Counted from the stretch's first letter, positions 17,098 to 39,389 are shown. The stretch is DNA of 64,000 nucleotides from an uncultured delta proteobacterium (GCA_963743525.1 CAVUQH010000003.1:576001-640000), one strand, 5' to 3'. Notes: a model not told the origin generated them from the sequence alone. Made by a program: numbers and translations.

Positions 17098-18198
17098 GTC
17101 TGGGCGACGTTGACCGCGCTGGCGCGGTCGCGCTTTTTTTCGTCGAGGTAGACGTCGCGGGCGCGCCAGAACTCGACGGCGACGCCGATCAGGGTGACGG
17201 CGAAGGCGGCGGTGGCGGCGGGGTTGACGAGCTTGGGGGCGCCGAGGTGTTCGGCGAGGAGGGCGGCGGCGAGGAGGGCGGAGGCGCCGAGGACGCGGGC
17301 GGCCCAGGGGGCGGCGCCGGTGCTGCGGCGGTGGTGGGCGTAGAGGTTGTCGAGGCCGCCGACGGCCAGCTCGAGGGCGAGGATGCCGATGAGCGGCCAG
17401 GCCCAGGCGTGGGTTTCCGCGAGGACCGCGAACAACAGTGCCGGCACGGTCATGGCGCCGATCAGGCGGACGGCGTCGGAGCGGTTGAAGTCGCCGCGGC
17501 CGCGCAGCTTGCGCAGGCCGACGACGACGTAGTCGAGGCCGGAGATCCAGGTGATGCCGACGACGGCGTAGAGGATGAGGGACGTCGTCAGCTTGATGTC
17601 GCCGTGTTGTTGCAGGGCGATGAGCGGCGCCTGCAGGAGGCTCATGACGATGGCGCCGCGCCAGACCTTCTTCTTGATCAGGTAGAAGGCGGCCATGGCG
17701 ACCAGCGGGGCGACCATGGCGGCGACCAGGAGGCCGAGGAGGACCTTCGGGGTGGGGGATGAGCAGGACGAACAGCATGACCATGCCGATGCCCTGCATC
17801 TGCGTCCAGGTCTTGACCTTGGCCAGGTAGCTGGTCTTCATCTCCAGGTCGCGCAGCGCGTACGAGGTGCGCAGCGCGGTGACCATCAGCTCGCGGGCGA
17901 ACATCAGCGCCACCGCCCAGGCGGGGAACAGGCCCAGCTGGACGAACGGGATGTAGACGAAGGCGATGAACACCTTGTCGGCGATCGGGTCGATCAGTCC
18001 GCCGAGGATGGTCGGCCCGTGCTTGCGCGCCAGGTAGCCGTCGACGAAGTCGGTGCAGCCGATCAGCGTGCCCAGGACCAGCCCCTGCCAGTAGTACCCG
18101 CTGTAGATCAGCCAGGTGATTCCGGGCATCGGGATCAGCCGCGCAAAGGTCACCATGTTGGCGGTGATGAGCGGCTTCTTGCCGGTTTTCGTGCTCAC
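17094..18198 (-). CDS. CDP-alcohol phosphatidyltransferase (PgsA-like) with extended C-terminal membrane region; one frameshift in a C-run near 17750
   Basis: ANMVTFARL, DFVDGYLARKHGPTILGGLIDPIADK signature, RELMVTALR, AKVKTWTQM. Confidence 0.92.
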
Positions 18199-18263
18199 GG
18201 CAGCGGGAACCTAACCCGCCCGGCGCGAGGGGACAACCCGGGACGCCGGCTGGCCGAAAAGCG

Positions 18264-18288
18264 ACGGGGCGGCTCGTGGCCGCCCCGT
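18264..18288 (-). terminator. Intrinsic terminator-like hairpin after the vWA lipoprotein gene
   Basis: ACGGGGCGGC-TCGTG-GCCGCCCCGT, with TTTT a few bases downstream on the minus strand. Confidence 0.65.
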
Positions 18289-18311
18289 GCGTTCGGTCTA
18301 TGTCGCGGTCG

Positions 18312-19704
<1,393 letters not shown>

Positions 19705-19736
19705 TCGGGCCTCCTGTGTGGCGACGACTAGGCTAG

Positions 19737-19753
19737 TGCAAGGTTATTGCCAG
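19737..19753 (-). promoter_or_regulatory. sigma54 (-24/-12) promoter for the vWA lipoprotein gene
   Basis: Minus strand CTGGCAATAACCTTGCA = GG-N10-GC, about 33 nt before the ATG. Confidence 0.75.
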
Positions 19754-19812
19754 TCCGCTGCCACACGATTTCAAACAGTTAGCCCGGCTGGGCGGGGCAT
19801 CGAGCCACCGGT

Positions 19813-19840
19813 GTTGGCGCAAACGCCAACTTCGTTGGCA
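19813..19840. promoter_or_regulatory. Candidate enhancer (activator-binding) inverted repeats
   Basis: GTTGGCG-CAAA-CGCCAAC-TTC-GTTGGC, 60-90 nt upstream of the sigma54 promoter. Confidence 0.45.
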
Positions 19841-20003
19841 ACTCCGCTTCCGTCCCTCCGGCCCCACGGGCGGGGCGACGCGATACTAGCCCGGCTTTCC
19901 CGGCCAGATCAACGTACGTCACCGGTCGGTCAACAGCAGTCAGCAACGACCCGGCGGCCGTGCGGGGGACGCCGAACGCGGATCAGGCGACCTGGCGTGC
20001 GGC

Positions 20004-21413
<1,410 letters not shown>

Positions 21414-21422
21414 CCGGTTTTC

Positions 21423-21452
21423 TTGACCACCTGCCCAAACCGACGGTAGCAT
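21423..21452 (+). promoter_or_regulatory. Putative sigma70 promoter of pilM
   Basis: TTGACC-N18-TAGCAT. Confidence 0.5.
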
Positions 21453-21528
21453 GTAGGATAAGGTCACACAGTGTAGGTCGAGGTCGGAGCGAAATCGCTC
21501 TTAACTAACGGAAAACAAAGCGAGAACC

Positions 21529-22575
<1,047 letters not shown>

Positions 22576-22594
22576 GAACCGAGGCGACCAACCG

Positions 22595-23236
22595 ATGATC
22601 AAGATCAACCTACTCGCGCAGCGAAAGCGGGGCGGCCGAGGGGATCGCGCACAGCAGGAGATCATGCTCGGCGTGCTGCTGATCATCGCCGCCGGCGTGC
22701 TGGTCTGGCTGTTCATCCAGCGGCCGTTGGGCAACGAGATCTCCGACATCAAGGAGACCAACGCCAAGCTCAACTCGCAGAACCAGATCCTGCAGGGGAA
22801 GCTCAAGGACGAGAAGATGATCCAGGCCGCCGTCAAGCAGCTCGAAGAGCGCGAGGCGTCGATCACCGAGCTGCAGCAGGCACAGGCGACGCCCGCGTAC
22901 ATGTTGCGCGAGCTGTCCCGGCTGATGACCGCGAACCGGCTGCCGACCATGACCGACGAGATGCGCAAGGAGGTCGAGGGCGGCAGCTTGCTGCGCAAGT
23001 TCTCCACCGAGTGGGATCCGAAGCACGCGTGGATCACCTCGTTCGAGGAGAAGAAGGGCGACTTCACCCTCAAGGGCGGCGCCCAGTCCGACGGTGACGT
23101 GACCCAGCTGGCCAAGCGGCTCGAGGCCTCGGTCTACTTCCAGAACGTGGTCTCCCAGGGCGCCACCGAGGTCGAGGACCACAACAGCGGCATCACCTAC
23201 TTCCAGTTCACCATCACCGGAAAGGTCGTCTACTGA
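22595..23236 (+). CDS. pilN: PilN
   Basis: MIKINLL motif, TM helix, coiled coil, operon position. Confidence 0.93.
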   Translation: MIKINLLAQRKRGGRGDRAQQEIMLGVLLIIAAGVLVWLFIQRPLGNEISDIKETNAKLNSQNQILQGKLKDEKMIQAAVKQLEEREASITELQQAQATPAYMLRELSRLMTANRLPTMTDEMRKEVEGGSLLRKFSTEWDPKHAWITSFEEKKGDFTLKGGAQSDGDVTQLAKRLEASVYFQNVVSQGATEVEDHNSGITYFQFTITGKVVY

Positions 23237-24057
23237 TGGCACCTCCCAAGAAGGCCGGTGCGCTGGCGCAGTTCAGCAAGCTGTCACCGGTGATGAAGCT
23301 GTTGGTGCTCATCATCGTGATGGGGCTGGTGTTCCTCGTCTACTGGCAGTTCGTCTACTCCGACCTGCGCGCCGAGAAGAAGTCCGAGGAGGACCAGCGG
23401 TCGTCGCTGCTCGGACAGCAGGCCGGCCTGCACAAGCGCGTCGACGACCTGGTGACGCTCAAGGACAAGCGCGACAAGCTGCAGGAGAAGGCGGCCAACA
23501 TCGAGTTCGCGCTGCCGTCCAACCCCGAGATCAACTCGTTCCTCGACGACCTGCAGACCAAGGCCGGCGTCGCCCAGGTGTCGTTCAAGAGCTGGAAGCA
23601 GGAGAAAGAGCTCCACGTTGACAAGTACGAGAAGATGCCGCTCGAGGTCACCGTCGAGGGCACCTTCTACCAGCTGCTCAAATATTTCTCGCTGCTGGGT
23701 CCGCCCGATGAGCGGGACGAGACGTCGCTCGACGACGGGCCCAAGTTCGACCGCCCGTGCACGGTGGAGAACCTGAAGATCGCCGAGGCGGCGATCCGCA
23801 ACGACGAGATCATCCTGTCGGCGACGTTCACCGCCGCGACCTTCCGGAAAGAGGCTCCCGCGCAGCCGGCTGCCAAGCCGGGAGCGACGCCGGCCAAGAC
23901 CGGCGGCGGTGGCGGTTTTCATGCGCCGGGGCAGGCTCCGCCCAAGAACATCGTCGACAAGGCCAAGCAGGACGTGAAGACGAACGAGAACAAGGAAGCG
24001 AAGACCGTCAAGGACGACATCAATAGCGCCACCAAGGCGCCGGGGGCCAAACAATGA
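23236..24057 (+). CDS. pilO: PilO
   Basis: N-terminal TM, coiled coil, LPSNPEINSFL, V.GTFYQL..YF. Confidence 0.9.
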   Translation: MAPPKKAGALAQFSKLSPVMKLLVLIIVMGLVFLVYWQFVYSDLRAEKKSEEDQRSSLLGQQAGLHKRVDDLVTLKDKRDKLQEKAANIEFALPSNPEINSFLDDLQTKAGVAQVSFKSWKQEKELHVDKYEKMPLEVTVEGTFYQLLKYFSLLGPPDERDETSLDDGPKFDRPCTVENLKIAEAAIRNDEIILSATFTAATFRKEAPAQPAAKPGATPAKTGGGGGFHAPGQAPPKNIVDKAKQDVKTNENKEAKTVKDDINSATKAPGAKQ

Positions 24058-24809
24058 GCGCTCGCCGTGCCACCCTGTGGGTTTCGCTGGCCGCGCTGCT
24101 GGTGGCCGGCTGCGGCGACGACAGCGGCAGCTCGGCTCCGCCGCCGCAAGCGCCGCCGGCGGCTTCCAACCAGCGCGCCAACACCGCGGCGGCCGCGCGC
24201 CGGGGCAAGAACGGCAAGGTAATGCCGCTCAAGCTGTACACCAAGGTCGAAGAGGTCGTCCCCGAGGCCGAGGCGGCGACCATTCGCCAGCCGTTCACCG
24301 TCCGCGACTTCGCGCCCGACGTCACCGGCAACGACAACCGCGATCCGTTCCGCTCGTACGTGGTTCGGCAGACGACCAACAACGCGCTGAACACCCAGGG
24401 TGGCGTCACCGTGGCGACCACCGAGATCTGCACCGAGAAGAACATGGTCGCGCCCAACCCGCGGGCCAAGGACCCGCGGGCGCGCAAGTCGTACTCGCTG
24501 CGCGACCTTCGGCTGATGGGCATCGTCATGCGCGGTACCCGCGGCTACGCGATCTTCCGCGACCCCAGCGGCTACGGCCACCTGGTGGTCAAGGGCGACT
24601 GTTTGGGCAAGGAAAAGGCGCGGGTCACCGTGATCGGCGCGCACCTGGTCAAGGTCGAGGTCATGCCAGAGCCCGGCCCCAACCAGGTCAGTCAGGAACC
24701 GCAGGAGCGGAAGTTCGAGCTGTATCAGGACGAGCTTCCGCTGGATGACGAGGACGTGGGAGACGAGGCGTCGAGTAGCAGCAGTAGCAGCAGCAAGAAG
24801 GCGGACTGA
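24054..24809 (+). CDS. pilP: PilP lipoprotein
   Basis: Lipobox LVAGC, RDPF, LRLMGIV, V.KGD.LGKE. Confidence 0.9.
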   Translation: MSARRATLWVSLAALLVAGCGDDSGSSAPPPQAPPAASNQRANTAAAARRGKNGKVMPLKLYTKVEEVVPEAEAATIRQPFTVRDFAPDVTGNDNRDPFRSYVVRQTTNNALNTQGGVTVATTEICTEKNMVAPNPRAKDPRARKSYSLRDLRLMGIVMRGTRGYAIFRDPSGYGHLVVKGDCLGKEKARVTVIGAHLVKVEVMPEPGPNQVSQEPQERKFELYQDELPLDDEDVGDEASSSSSSSSKKAD

Positions 24810-25101
24810 AGCAAAGGCCAAGAACCAGCGAGCGCGTGTGCGCGCGTCCCGGCGGTATCCCGTTTGGACGCTCGCAACGGCCAGTCAGCGGCGGGCATCC
24901 CCGCCCCGGTCAGGCGGCGCGCAGAAAGGTTCCTGGCGATCTCGACCAAAAAGTGGATCTGCCGAAAAAGCCCAGGCGATAATTCGAATCTGAAGAAGGC
25001 GAACGCCGCGCAGGATGGCGTTGCGTCGAGCGGGGGCTGGCCCCCGAACGGGTGAAGTGCGCCCGAAACACCGCGGTTTCGCGGTGCCGAGGAGTGATCT
25101 C

Positions 25102-28100
25102 ATGTCGACAATCAAGGTTTCGAGCCGTGTTGTAGCCGCGCTGGTCTGCGCGTCTGCGCTCTTTGCCTGGCCGGCGGCGGCCCGCGCAGGGAAGAACACG
25201 ATCCGTTCCGTGGACAGCACGGACGTCGGCGGCACGACGAAGATCCTGGTACGCGGCAGCAGCACGCCGACCTTCACCGTGTACAAGCTGGAGCGTCCCG
25301 CGCGCGTCGTAGTCGACATCGCCAGCTCGCAGATGTCCAGCCAGTTGGCGGCCGACGACGGCAAGTCGACCTGGCGGATCAATTCGTGGTCGGTAGGCGA
25401 CGTCGCCATGCACCCGCTGGCCGGCGCCGGCGCGTCGGTGACCCGGGTGGTGGTCGACCTGGCGCGCCCCGCCACCTACAAGGTGAAGGCCCAGGGCGAT
25501 GACGTCCTGGTCATCGTCACGCCGCGCGACCCGCCGCCCGTGCGGGCCGACGGATCGGCTGACGTCGCCCGCGCCCGGGCCGAGACTGCGGCCGCGCGCA
25601 AGCGCGCCGCCGAGGCCAGCGCCAGCGCCCAGGCAGCGCAGCGCAGCGCCGCCGCGGCCAAGGCCGAGACCGCCGCGGCCAGGGCCGAGGTCGAGCGCGC
25701 CCGCCGCGCCGCCACCGACGCCGAGCACCGCGCCGCCGCCGAGAAGGCGCGCGCGGCCGATGCCCAGCGCGCCATCGCCGCGGCCAAGGCCGAGGCCGAC
25801 CGCGCCCGCGCCGAGATGACCGAGGCCAAGCAGCGGGCCGAGAAGCAGGTCGCCAGCGCCCGCGCCGAGGCGTCGTCGGCCATGGCCGAGTCGAAGAAGC
25901 GCTCGGCCGAGGCCGAAGCCCGCATGGCCGCCGCCGCCAGGCGTGTCGATGAAGCCAACCGCCGCCTGGCCGAAGTGTCCGCGCTCGAGCGCCGGGCCCA
26001 GAGCGCGGAGTCGACCGCCCGCGCTGCGCTGAAGGAAGCCGCCGATGCGCGCAGCAGCGCAACCGCCGCACAGAAGCTGGCCGAGGCCCGCCGCGCCGAG
26101 GCGGGGAAGGCCGCGGCCGCGGCCAACCGCTATCGCCTCGAAGCGTCGAACGCCAAGACCGATTTCGAAGAAGGCGCGCGCGCTCGAGCAGCGTGCCGCC
26201 GACGCCGCCCGCGAGGCCGAGGCCCGCCGCAAGCGCGCCGAGCAGGCCACCGCCGAGGCCGAGGCCCGTCGCGCCGACGCCGAGAAGGCCGCCGCCGCCG
26301 CCGAGCAGCGCAAGACCGCGGCGACCGCCGCCGCGGCGACCGCCGAGGCCGAGCGCAGCAAGGTCGAACACGCCCGCGAGATCGCCGAGCGCGAGCGGGT
26401 CCACGCCGAGGCCGAGCACGCCGATGCCGAGAAGCGCCGCCAGCTGGCCGAAAACGCCGCCGCCGAAGCGACCCGGCGCGCCGCCGCCGCCCGGGCGCTG
26501 CGCGACAAGGAAGAGGCTGCCTACCGCAAAGCCGCGACCGCCCGCGCCGAGGCCGAGAAGCGCCGGGCAGAGGCCGAGGCAGCCACCGCCCGCCTGAACA
26601 AGTCGATCGACGACGCCCGCATCGCCAAGACCGCCGCCGACACCCGCCGCAAGCAGGCGGTCGCCGCGCGCGAGCACGCCGACGCCGAGAAGCGCCGCGC
26701 CCGGTCGAGCAAGGCCGCCGCTGCCGCCGAGGCCGAGGCCGCCCGCCTGGAGAAGCTGGTCGCCAGCGCCGACAAGGATCTGCTCGCGCGCAAGGCCGAG
26801 GTCGACCGCCGCCGCCGCGAGGCGGCCAAGATCGACGCGCGCCGCGACGCCGCGGCCCGCGACCTGAAGCAGCTCGTCGCCGCCGCCAGCGACGCGCGCA
26901 ACGATCGCCAGGCCGAGGAGGGCAAGCTCGCCGAGCTGTTGCGCCGACGCGCCGACGAAGAGAAGCAGCTCGAGGTTGCGCGCAAGGCCCGACTCGAGGC
27001 CGAGGCGCGCGCCGCCGCGGCGCAGAAGCGGGCCAAGGATGCCGAAGACCGCGCCGCCACCGCCGCGGCCGCCGCCGCCAGGGCCAAGGCCGACATCGCG
27101 CAGACCAGGGCCGCCGCCGCCAGGGCCAAGGCCGACATCGCGCAGACCAGGGCCGCCGCCGCCAGGGCCAAGGCCGCCAGGGCCCGCGTCGCCGCCAAGG
27201 CGGCTCCGGCCACCCGCGTTCGCGACGTCAGCTTCAGCGAGCACGGCGGCGCCGACCGCGTGACCATCGCCCTGTCGGCACCGGCCCATCCGCTGGTGTC
27301 GGCCCGCGGCAACAAGCAGATCCTCGAGCTCCGCGACGCGGCCATCGCCCGCGACCTCGAGCGCACGCTCGACACCCGCAAGTACGGCGGTCCGGTCCGC
27401 GCCGTGTCGTCGTACCGCAGCCGCAAGGATCCGAAGAAGGTGTTCGTCGTCGTCGATCTGGCGGCCAAGGCCAAGAGCCGCCTGGTTCGCGTCGGCAACG
27501 ACTACCACTGGGAGTTCCAGACCACCGGTTCGCGGGTGGCGTCGGCTCAGCGCCAGGCGCCGCGCGCCCACGCGCAGAACATCCCCGCGCCGGTCATCGG
27601 CGGCTACGGCTCGTCGTCCACGCCGGTCGCCCAGCAGACCGTCGCGCAGATCGCGCCGCGCGGTCGCAAGGTCTACCGCGGCACCAAGATCGACCTCGAC
27701 TTCAAGGATGCCGACATCCACAACCTCTTGCGCCTGCTGGCCGATGTCGGCGGCGTCAGCATCGTCATCCCCGACGAGATCAAGTACCGGGTGACGGTGC
27801 GCATGCGCCGGGTGCCGTGGGACCAGGCGCTGGAAGTGATCCTGGCCTCCAAGGGGCTGTGGTACGAGCGCAACGGCAACCTGTTGCGCATCGCGCCGCG
27901 CAAGGATCTCGACGCCGAGGCCCAGGCCGAGGCCGAGCGCCGGGCCGCGTTGATCCAGCAAGAGGTGCCGCAACCCGAGTACGTCACCCTCAACTACGCC
28001 AGCGCCAAGCGGGTCGAGCAGCAGATCAAGCAGATGCTGTCACCCAAGGGGCAGCTGCAGATCGACGAGCGCACCAATACCGTCGTCGTCATCGACGTCA

Positions 28101-28960
28101 AGGCCAACCGCAAGAACATCGCCAGCCTGCTGACCCGGCTCGACACGCCGACGCCGCAGATCCAGATCGAGGCGCGCATCGTCGAGGCGCGGTCGACCTT
28201 CGAGCGCGAGATCGGCGTGCAGTGGGGCGGCAACGCCACCGCCAGTGGCGCGACCGGCAACTCGACCGGCCTGATCTTCCCCAACAGCATCGGCGTCGCC
28301 GGCGGTGGTGAGGACAACCAGACCAACAACAGCGGCGTGGTCGCGCCGTCCGACTTCGCCGTCAACCTGCCGGCGGCGGTCGGAAGCGGCGCCGGTGGCG
28401 CCATCGGCCTGTCGCTGGGATCGGTCGGCGGCAACTTCAACCTCAACCTGCGTCTGTCGGCGCTCGAGGATCAGGGCACGGTGCGCATCGTATCGGCGCC
28501 CAAGATCACGGTGGTCAACAACGTCAAGGCCAAGATCAGCTCGGGTGTATCGATCCCGATCTCGGTCATCTCGGCCAACGGCGTGAACACCCAGTTCGTG
28601 CCCGCCGACCTGTCGCTCGAGGTCACGCCGTCGGTGTCGCAGAAGGACTGCGCCATCACCATGGACGTGTCGATCAAGAAGAACGAGGCCGACTTCGTAA
28701 ACACCGGCGCCCGCGGCGATCCGACCATCCTGCGCAAGGAGGCGAACACCCGCATCCTGGTCGCCGACGGGTCGACCACCGTGGTCGGTGGCATCTACAC
28801 CCGCAACACCGGTCTGTCGTACAGCAAGGTGCCGTTCTTCGGCGACCTGCCGGTGGTCGGATGGTTCTTCAAGAAGCGGCGGGAAAACGACGATCGCACC
28901 GAGCTGCTCGTCTTCATCACGCCGAAGATCACCAACAAGGCTTCGCTTCGCTGCGAATGA
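25102..28960 (+). CDS. pilQ: PilQ secretin with AMIN domains and a very long Ala-rich coiled-coil insert; frameshift near 26165
   Basis: GAGGAG SD, signal peptide, AMIN (PTFTVYKLERPARVVVDI), IDLDFKDADIHNLLRLL, VPWDQAL, QIQIEARIVE, VPFFGDLPVVGWFFK, ELLVFITPKI. Confidence 0.95.
27068..27175 (+). repeat. 42-bp exact tandem repeat, about 2.5 copies (AAAARAKADIAQTR)
   Basis: GCCGCCGCCGCCAGGGCCAAGGCCGACATCGCGCAGACCAGG repeated. Confidence 0.92.
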
Positions 28961-29005
28961 TCCTCACGCGCCCGAATGCACCGCGCGCGCTATGCTCCCG
29001 CTCGT

Positions 29006-30649
<1,644 letters not shown>

Positions 30650-30700
30650 TTCTTACAACCATGATCTTTGCTTTGATACGATTTACGAGGGAGGACGAGT

Positions 30701-31417
30701 ATGCGCCGTGACACTATCGGTATCGCGTTGGCGGGTGCCCTCGTCGTGCTGGGCGGCGCCTGCACCGACGGCGGCGATCCGCTGATCATTCTTCAGAACC
30801 AGGTTCCCGGCGACGGGTGCACGATTTCGGCATCGCAGAGCGATACCTTCATCTCGCGCGGGCTGATCGACACCCAGGCCGACACGGGCTACGTGTTCAA
30901 CCCGATCGTGCAGAACAACGCGCTCGACCCGGCGACCAGCACTGCGCCGCCGCGCATCGCCACCATTCAGGGGGCCGATGTCTCGCTGACGGTGCAGTCG
31001 GGGTTCAACGTCAGCGTCAACGACAGCCTGCTGCACTTCACGCGCAAGTTCGGCGGCACCATCCAGCCGTCCGGCGGCCTCACCGCGTTCAGCTTCGTCA
31101 TCCTCGACAAGGGGCTGCTCGACGCCATCGCCGGCAGCCTCGCCGTCGGCGACGATCCGGTAGAGGTCAACGCCAAGATCACCATCTTCGGCAACCTCAA
31201 CGGTAGCGGTGTCGAGTCGCAGCCGTTCTCCTACCCGATCCTGGTGTGCAACGGCTGCATGAAGCGCACGGTGGGCACGTGCGACACGCTGGCGTCGGAC
31301 TTCGTCGCGTCAACCGGCGGCAAGTGCAACGCGCTGCAGGACATCTACACCGACTGCTGCACCGCGGCCGACGGCTCGCTGACCTGTCCGGCGGCGCCGC
31401 CCGTGGCCACGCCCTGA
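30701..31417 (+). CDS. Cys-containing lipoprotein
   Basis: GGAGGA SD, lipobox GGAC, YPILVCNGC. Confidence 0.8.
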   Translation: MRRDTIGIALAGALVVLGGACTDGGDPLIILQNQVPGDGCTISASQSDTFISRGLIDTQADTGYVFNPIVQNNALDPATSTAPPRIATIQGADVSLTVQSGFNVSVNDSLLHFTRKFGGTIQPSGGLTAFSFVILDKGLLDAIAGSLAVGDDPVEVNAKITIFGNLNGSGVESQPFSYPILVCNGCMKRTVGTCDTLASDFVASTGGKCNALQDIYTDCCTAADGSLTCPAAPPVATP

Positions 31418-31499
31418 GTCGGGCCGCCGCGAATAACCGCCCCGGCGACCCCGGGGTACCCGTACCGTGTGATATAAGCCATTTGGGGGCGACGATCTC

Positions 31500-31856
31500 G
31501 TGTTCACCGAGCAACTGAAGAAGGTCGTAGACAACGTCAACGGCGGTGTCGCCGGCGTCATCATGGGCCTCGACGGCATCGCCGTGGAGACCTACGTGCG
31601 CGACGGGCACACGGCGGACATCAACACCATCGGGATGGAGTTCAGCTTCATTCTGACCCAGGTCAAGAAGGCCGCCGAGATCCTCGAGGTCGGGCACATC
31701 AAAGAGATCTCCATCAAGGCCGAGCAGCTGACGCTGGTGATCCGGATGCTGAGCGAGGATTACTTCATCGCCATCGGGATCGGCCCGACAGGCAACTTCG
31801 GCAAGTGCCGGTTCATGATGCGGCTGGTTTCCAGCCGCCTCGCCGAAGAGCTGTAG
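31500..31856 (+). CDS. mglC: Roadblock/LC7 protein, probable MglC orthologue
   Basis: GVIMGLDGIAVE...GNFGKCRF; lies between pilQ and accBC-sgmX, as in Myxococcus. Confidence 0.7.
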   Translation: MFTEQLKKVVDNVNGGVAGVIMGLDGIAVETYVRDGHTADINTIGMEFSFILTQVKKAAEILEVGHIKEISIKAEQLTLVIRMLSEDYFIAIGIGPTGNFGKCRFMMRLVSSRLAEEL

Positions 31857-31866
31857 CCGGAGGCGG

Positions 31867-32339
31867 GTGGCCGTGCGCATCCTGGTCGTCCACGGGCCCA
31901 ACCTCAACCTGCTGGGTCGCCGGGATCCGTCCATCTACGGCGCCACCACCTTGCCCGAGATCGACGACGAGCTGAATCGGCGAGCGCGCGAGCGCGGCGC
32001 CGACCTCGACTCGGTGCAGTCGAACGTCGAGGGCGAGATCGTTACGCACCTGCAGAATGCTGCACCGCGCTACGACGCGGTGATCCTCAACCCCGGTGGC
32101 TATACCCACACCAGCGTTGCAATTCGCGACGCCATCGAGGCCTGCGGCGTGCCGGTCGTCGAGGTCCATTTGTCCAACATTCACGCCCGTGAGAGCTTCC
32201 GCCACACCTCTCTCACGGCCGCGCGGTGTATCGGCCAGATCAGCGGATTCGGTCCACAAAGCTATTACCTGGGACTGGACGCCGCCCTCGCTCATGTGGA
32301 ACGGTTGCGCCCCAACTCCACGGCGAGCGAGAAATCAAC

Positions 32340-32343
<4 letters not shown>
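31867..32343 (+). CDS. aroQ: Type II 3-dehydroquinate dehydratase
   Basis: HGPNLNLLGRR, NPGGYTHTSVAIRDA, EVHLSNIHARE. Confidence 0.97.
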
Positions 32344-32993
<650 letters not shown>

Positions 32994-32997
32994 CGCC

Positions 32998-34338
<1,341 letters not shown>

Positions 34339-34365
34339 ATTTACGAAATCACTGCAATTCCTTCC

Positions 34366-34394
34366 TTGACCGCCCCTTTGGCGGAACGTAAGCT
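34366..34394 (+). promoter_or_regulatory. Putative sigma70 promoter of the TPR gene
   Basis: TTGACC-N17-TAAGCT. Confidence 0.55.
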
Positions 34395-34493
34395 GATCGA
34401 CGCGTGGAGATTCGTCCTGCATACCGCGCGGGATGGACAGGTGTCCGGTGTACCCGCGCGTCGAGCGCCCGTTGCCCGGAGTACCGCTGACCC

Positions 34494-37490
<2,997 letters not shown>

Positions 37491-37529
37491 TACGCCGATC
37501 CGCTGGCGCGGTTCGGCTGCCTGGCCCGC

Positions 37530-38096
37530 TCAGCTCTGCAGGATCTCCGCGGCGCGGAGAACGGCGGCCGGCCGGCGTTTGACGCCCAGCTTCTGGTACA
37601 GGCGGAACAGGCGCGACTTGACCGTGCCGACGCGGACCTTGAGCAGCTGCGAGATCTCGTCGTTGCTCATGCCGCGCCACAGCAGCGCCAGCAGACGGGC
37701 GTCGGTGATCGATAGACCGAGTCCGCCGGCCAGCTGCTCGGCGATGGCCCGGCTGGAGCCGGAGCGGGCGACCGAGATCTCCAGCACCGTGTGGCCGGTG
37801 AACTGGTCGAGCGGCCGGGCGCGAACCCGGAGCACGGCGTCGTCGTGCTGCCAGCGCTCGATCGCCTGGGGCGAACGGCGCAGCTGGTCGAGCAGGGTGC
37901 CGAGCTGCTGCTCCAGGTCGGGCGGAATGATTCCGGTCGGGCACTCGAGCAGGTTGCGCGCGCTGCTGTTCATGTACAGCGCCCGGCCGGTGGCGTCGAG
38001 GACGACCAGGCCGACCTCGGTGTGGTCGAGGACGGAGAAGAGGAGCTCGGAGGGGTTGTGAAGGAGGGGATTGGGATGGCGGGTGGGGAACATCAT
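37530..38096 (-). CDS. PAS-like + LuxR-type HTH regulator
   Basis: GLVVLDATGRALYMNSSARNLL; GMSNDEISQLLKVRVGTVKSRLFRLYQKLGV. Confidence 0.85.
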   Translation of the reverse strand: MMFPTRHPNPLLHNPSELLFSVLDHTEVGLVVLDATGRALYMNSSARNLLECPTGIIPPDLEQQLGTLLDQLRRSPQAIERWQHDDAVLRVRARPLDQFTGHTVLEISVARSGSSRAIAEQLAGGLGLSITDARLLALLWRGMSNDEISQLLKVRVGTVKSRLFRLYQKLGVKRRPAAVLRAAEILQS

Positions 38097-38263
38097 GACC
38101 CGCTTTAGTTCACGTCCCGTGCCGACTCCCGAAACGTAGGTTTGTCGCACACTTGACTACGCACGGTGGTGTCCGGAACCGATCGGTCAACCGCCTGACG
38201 GTGATCGTTCGCGGCCGATCGCCGGCCAGATCAGTCGTGATCACGCGATCATGTCGCTCTGCG

Positions 38264-39370
<1,107 letters not shown>

Positions 39371-39389
39371 GGCCCGAAGCTACCGCGGC

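Noticed and set aside
12526..17414. Tail repeats as a DGR template/variable repeat pair
   Set aside because: Differences include non-adenine changes (CTC/CTG, GGC/GCC), and no reverse transcriptase is present in the window
26150..26180. Programmed ribosomal frameshift in pilQ (likewise at 17750, 18722, 51660)
   Set aside because: No canonical slippery heptamer recognised; similar single indels break several unrelated conserved genes, so sequencing error is simpler
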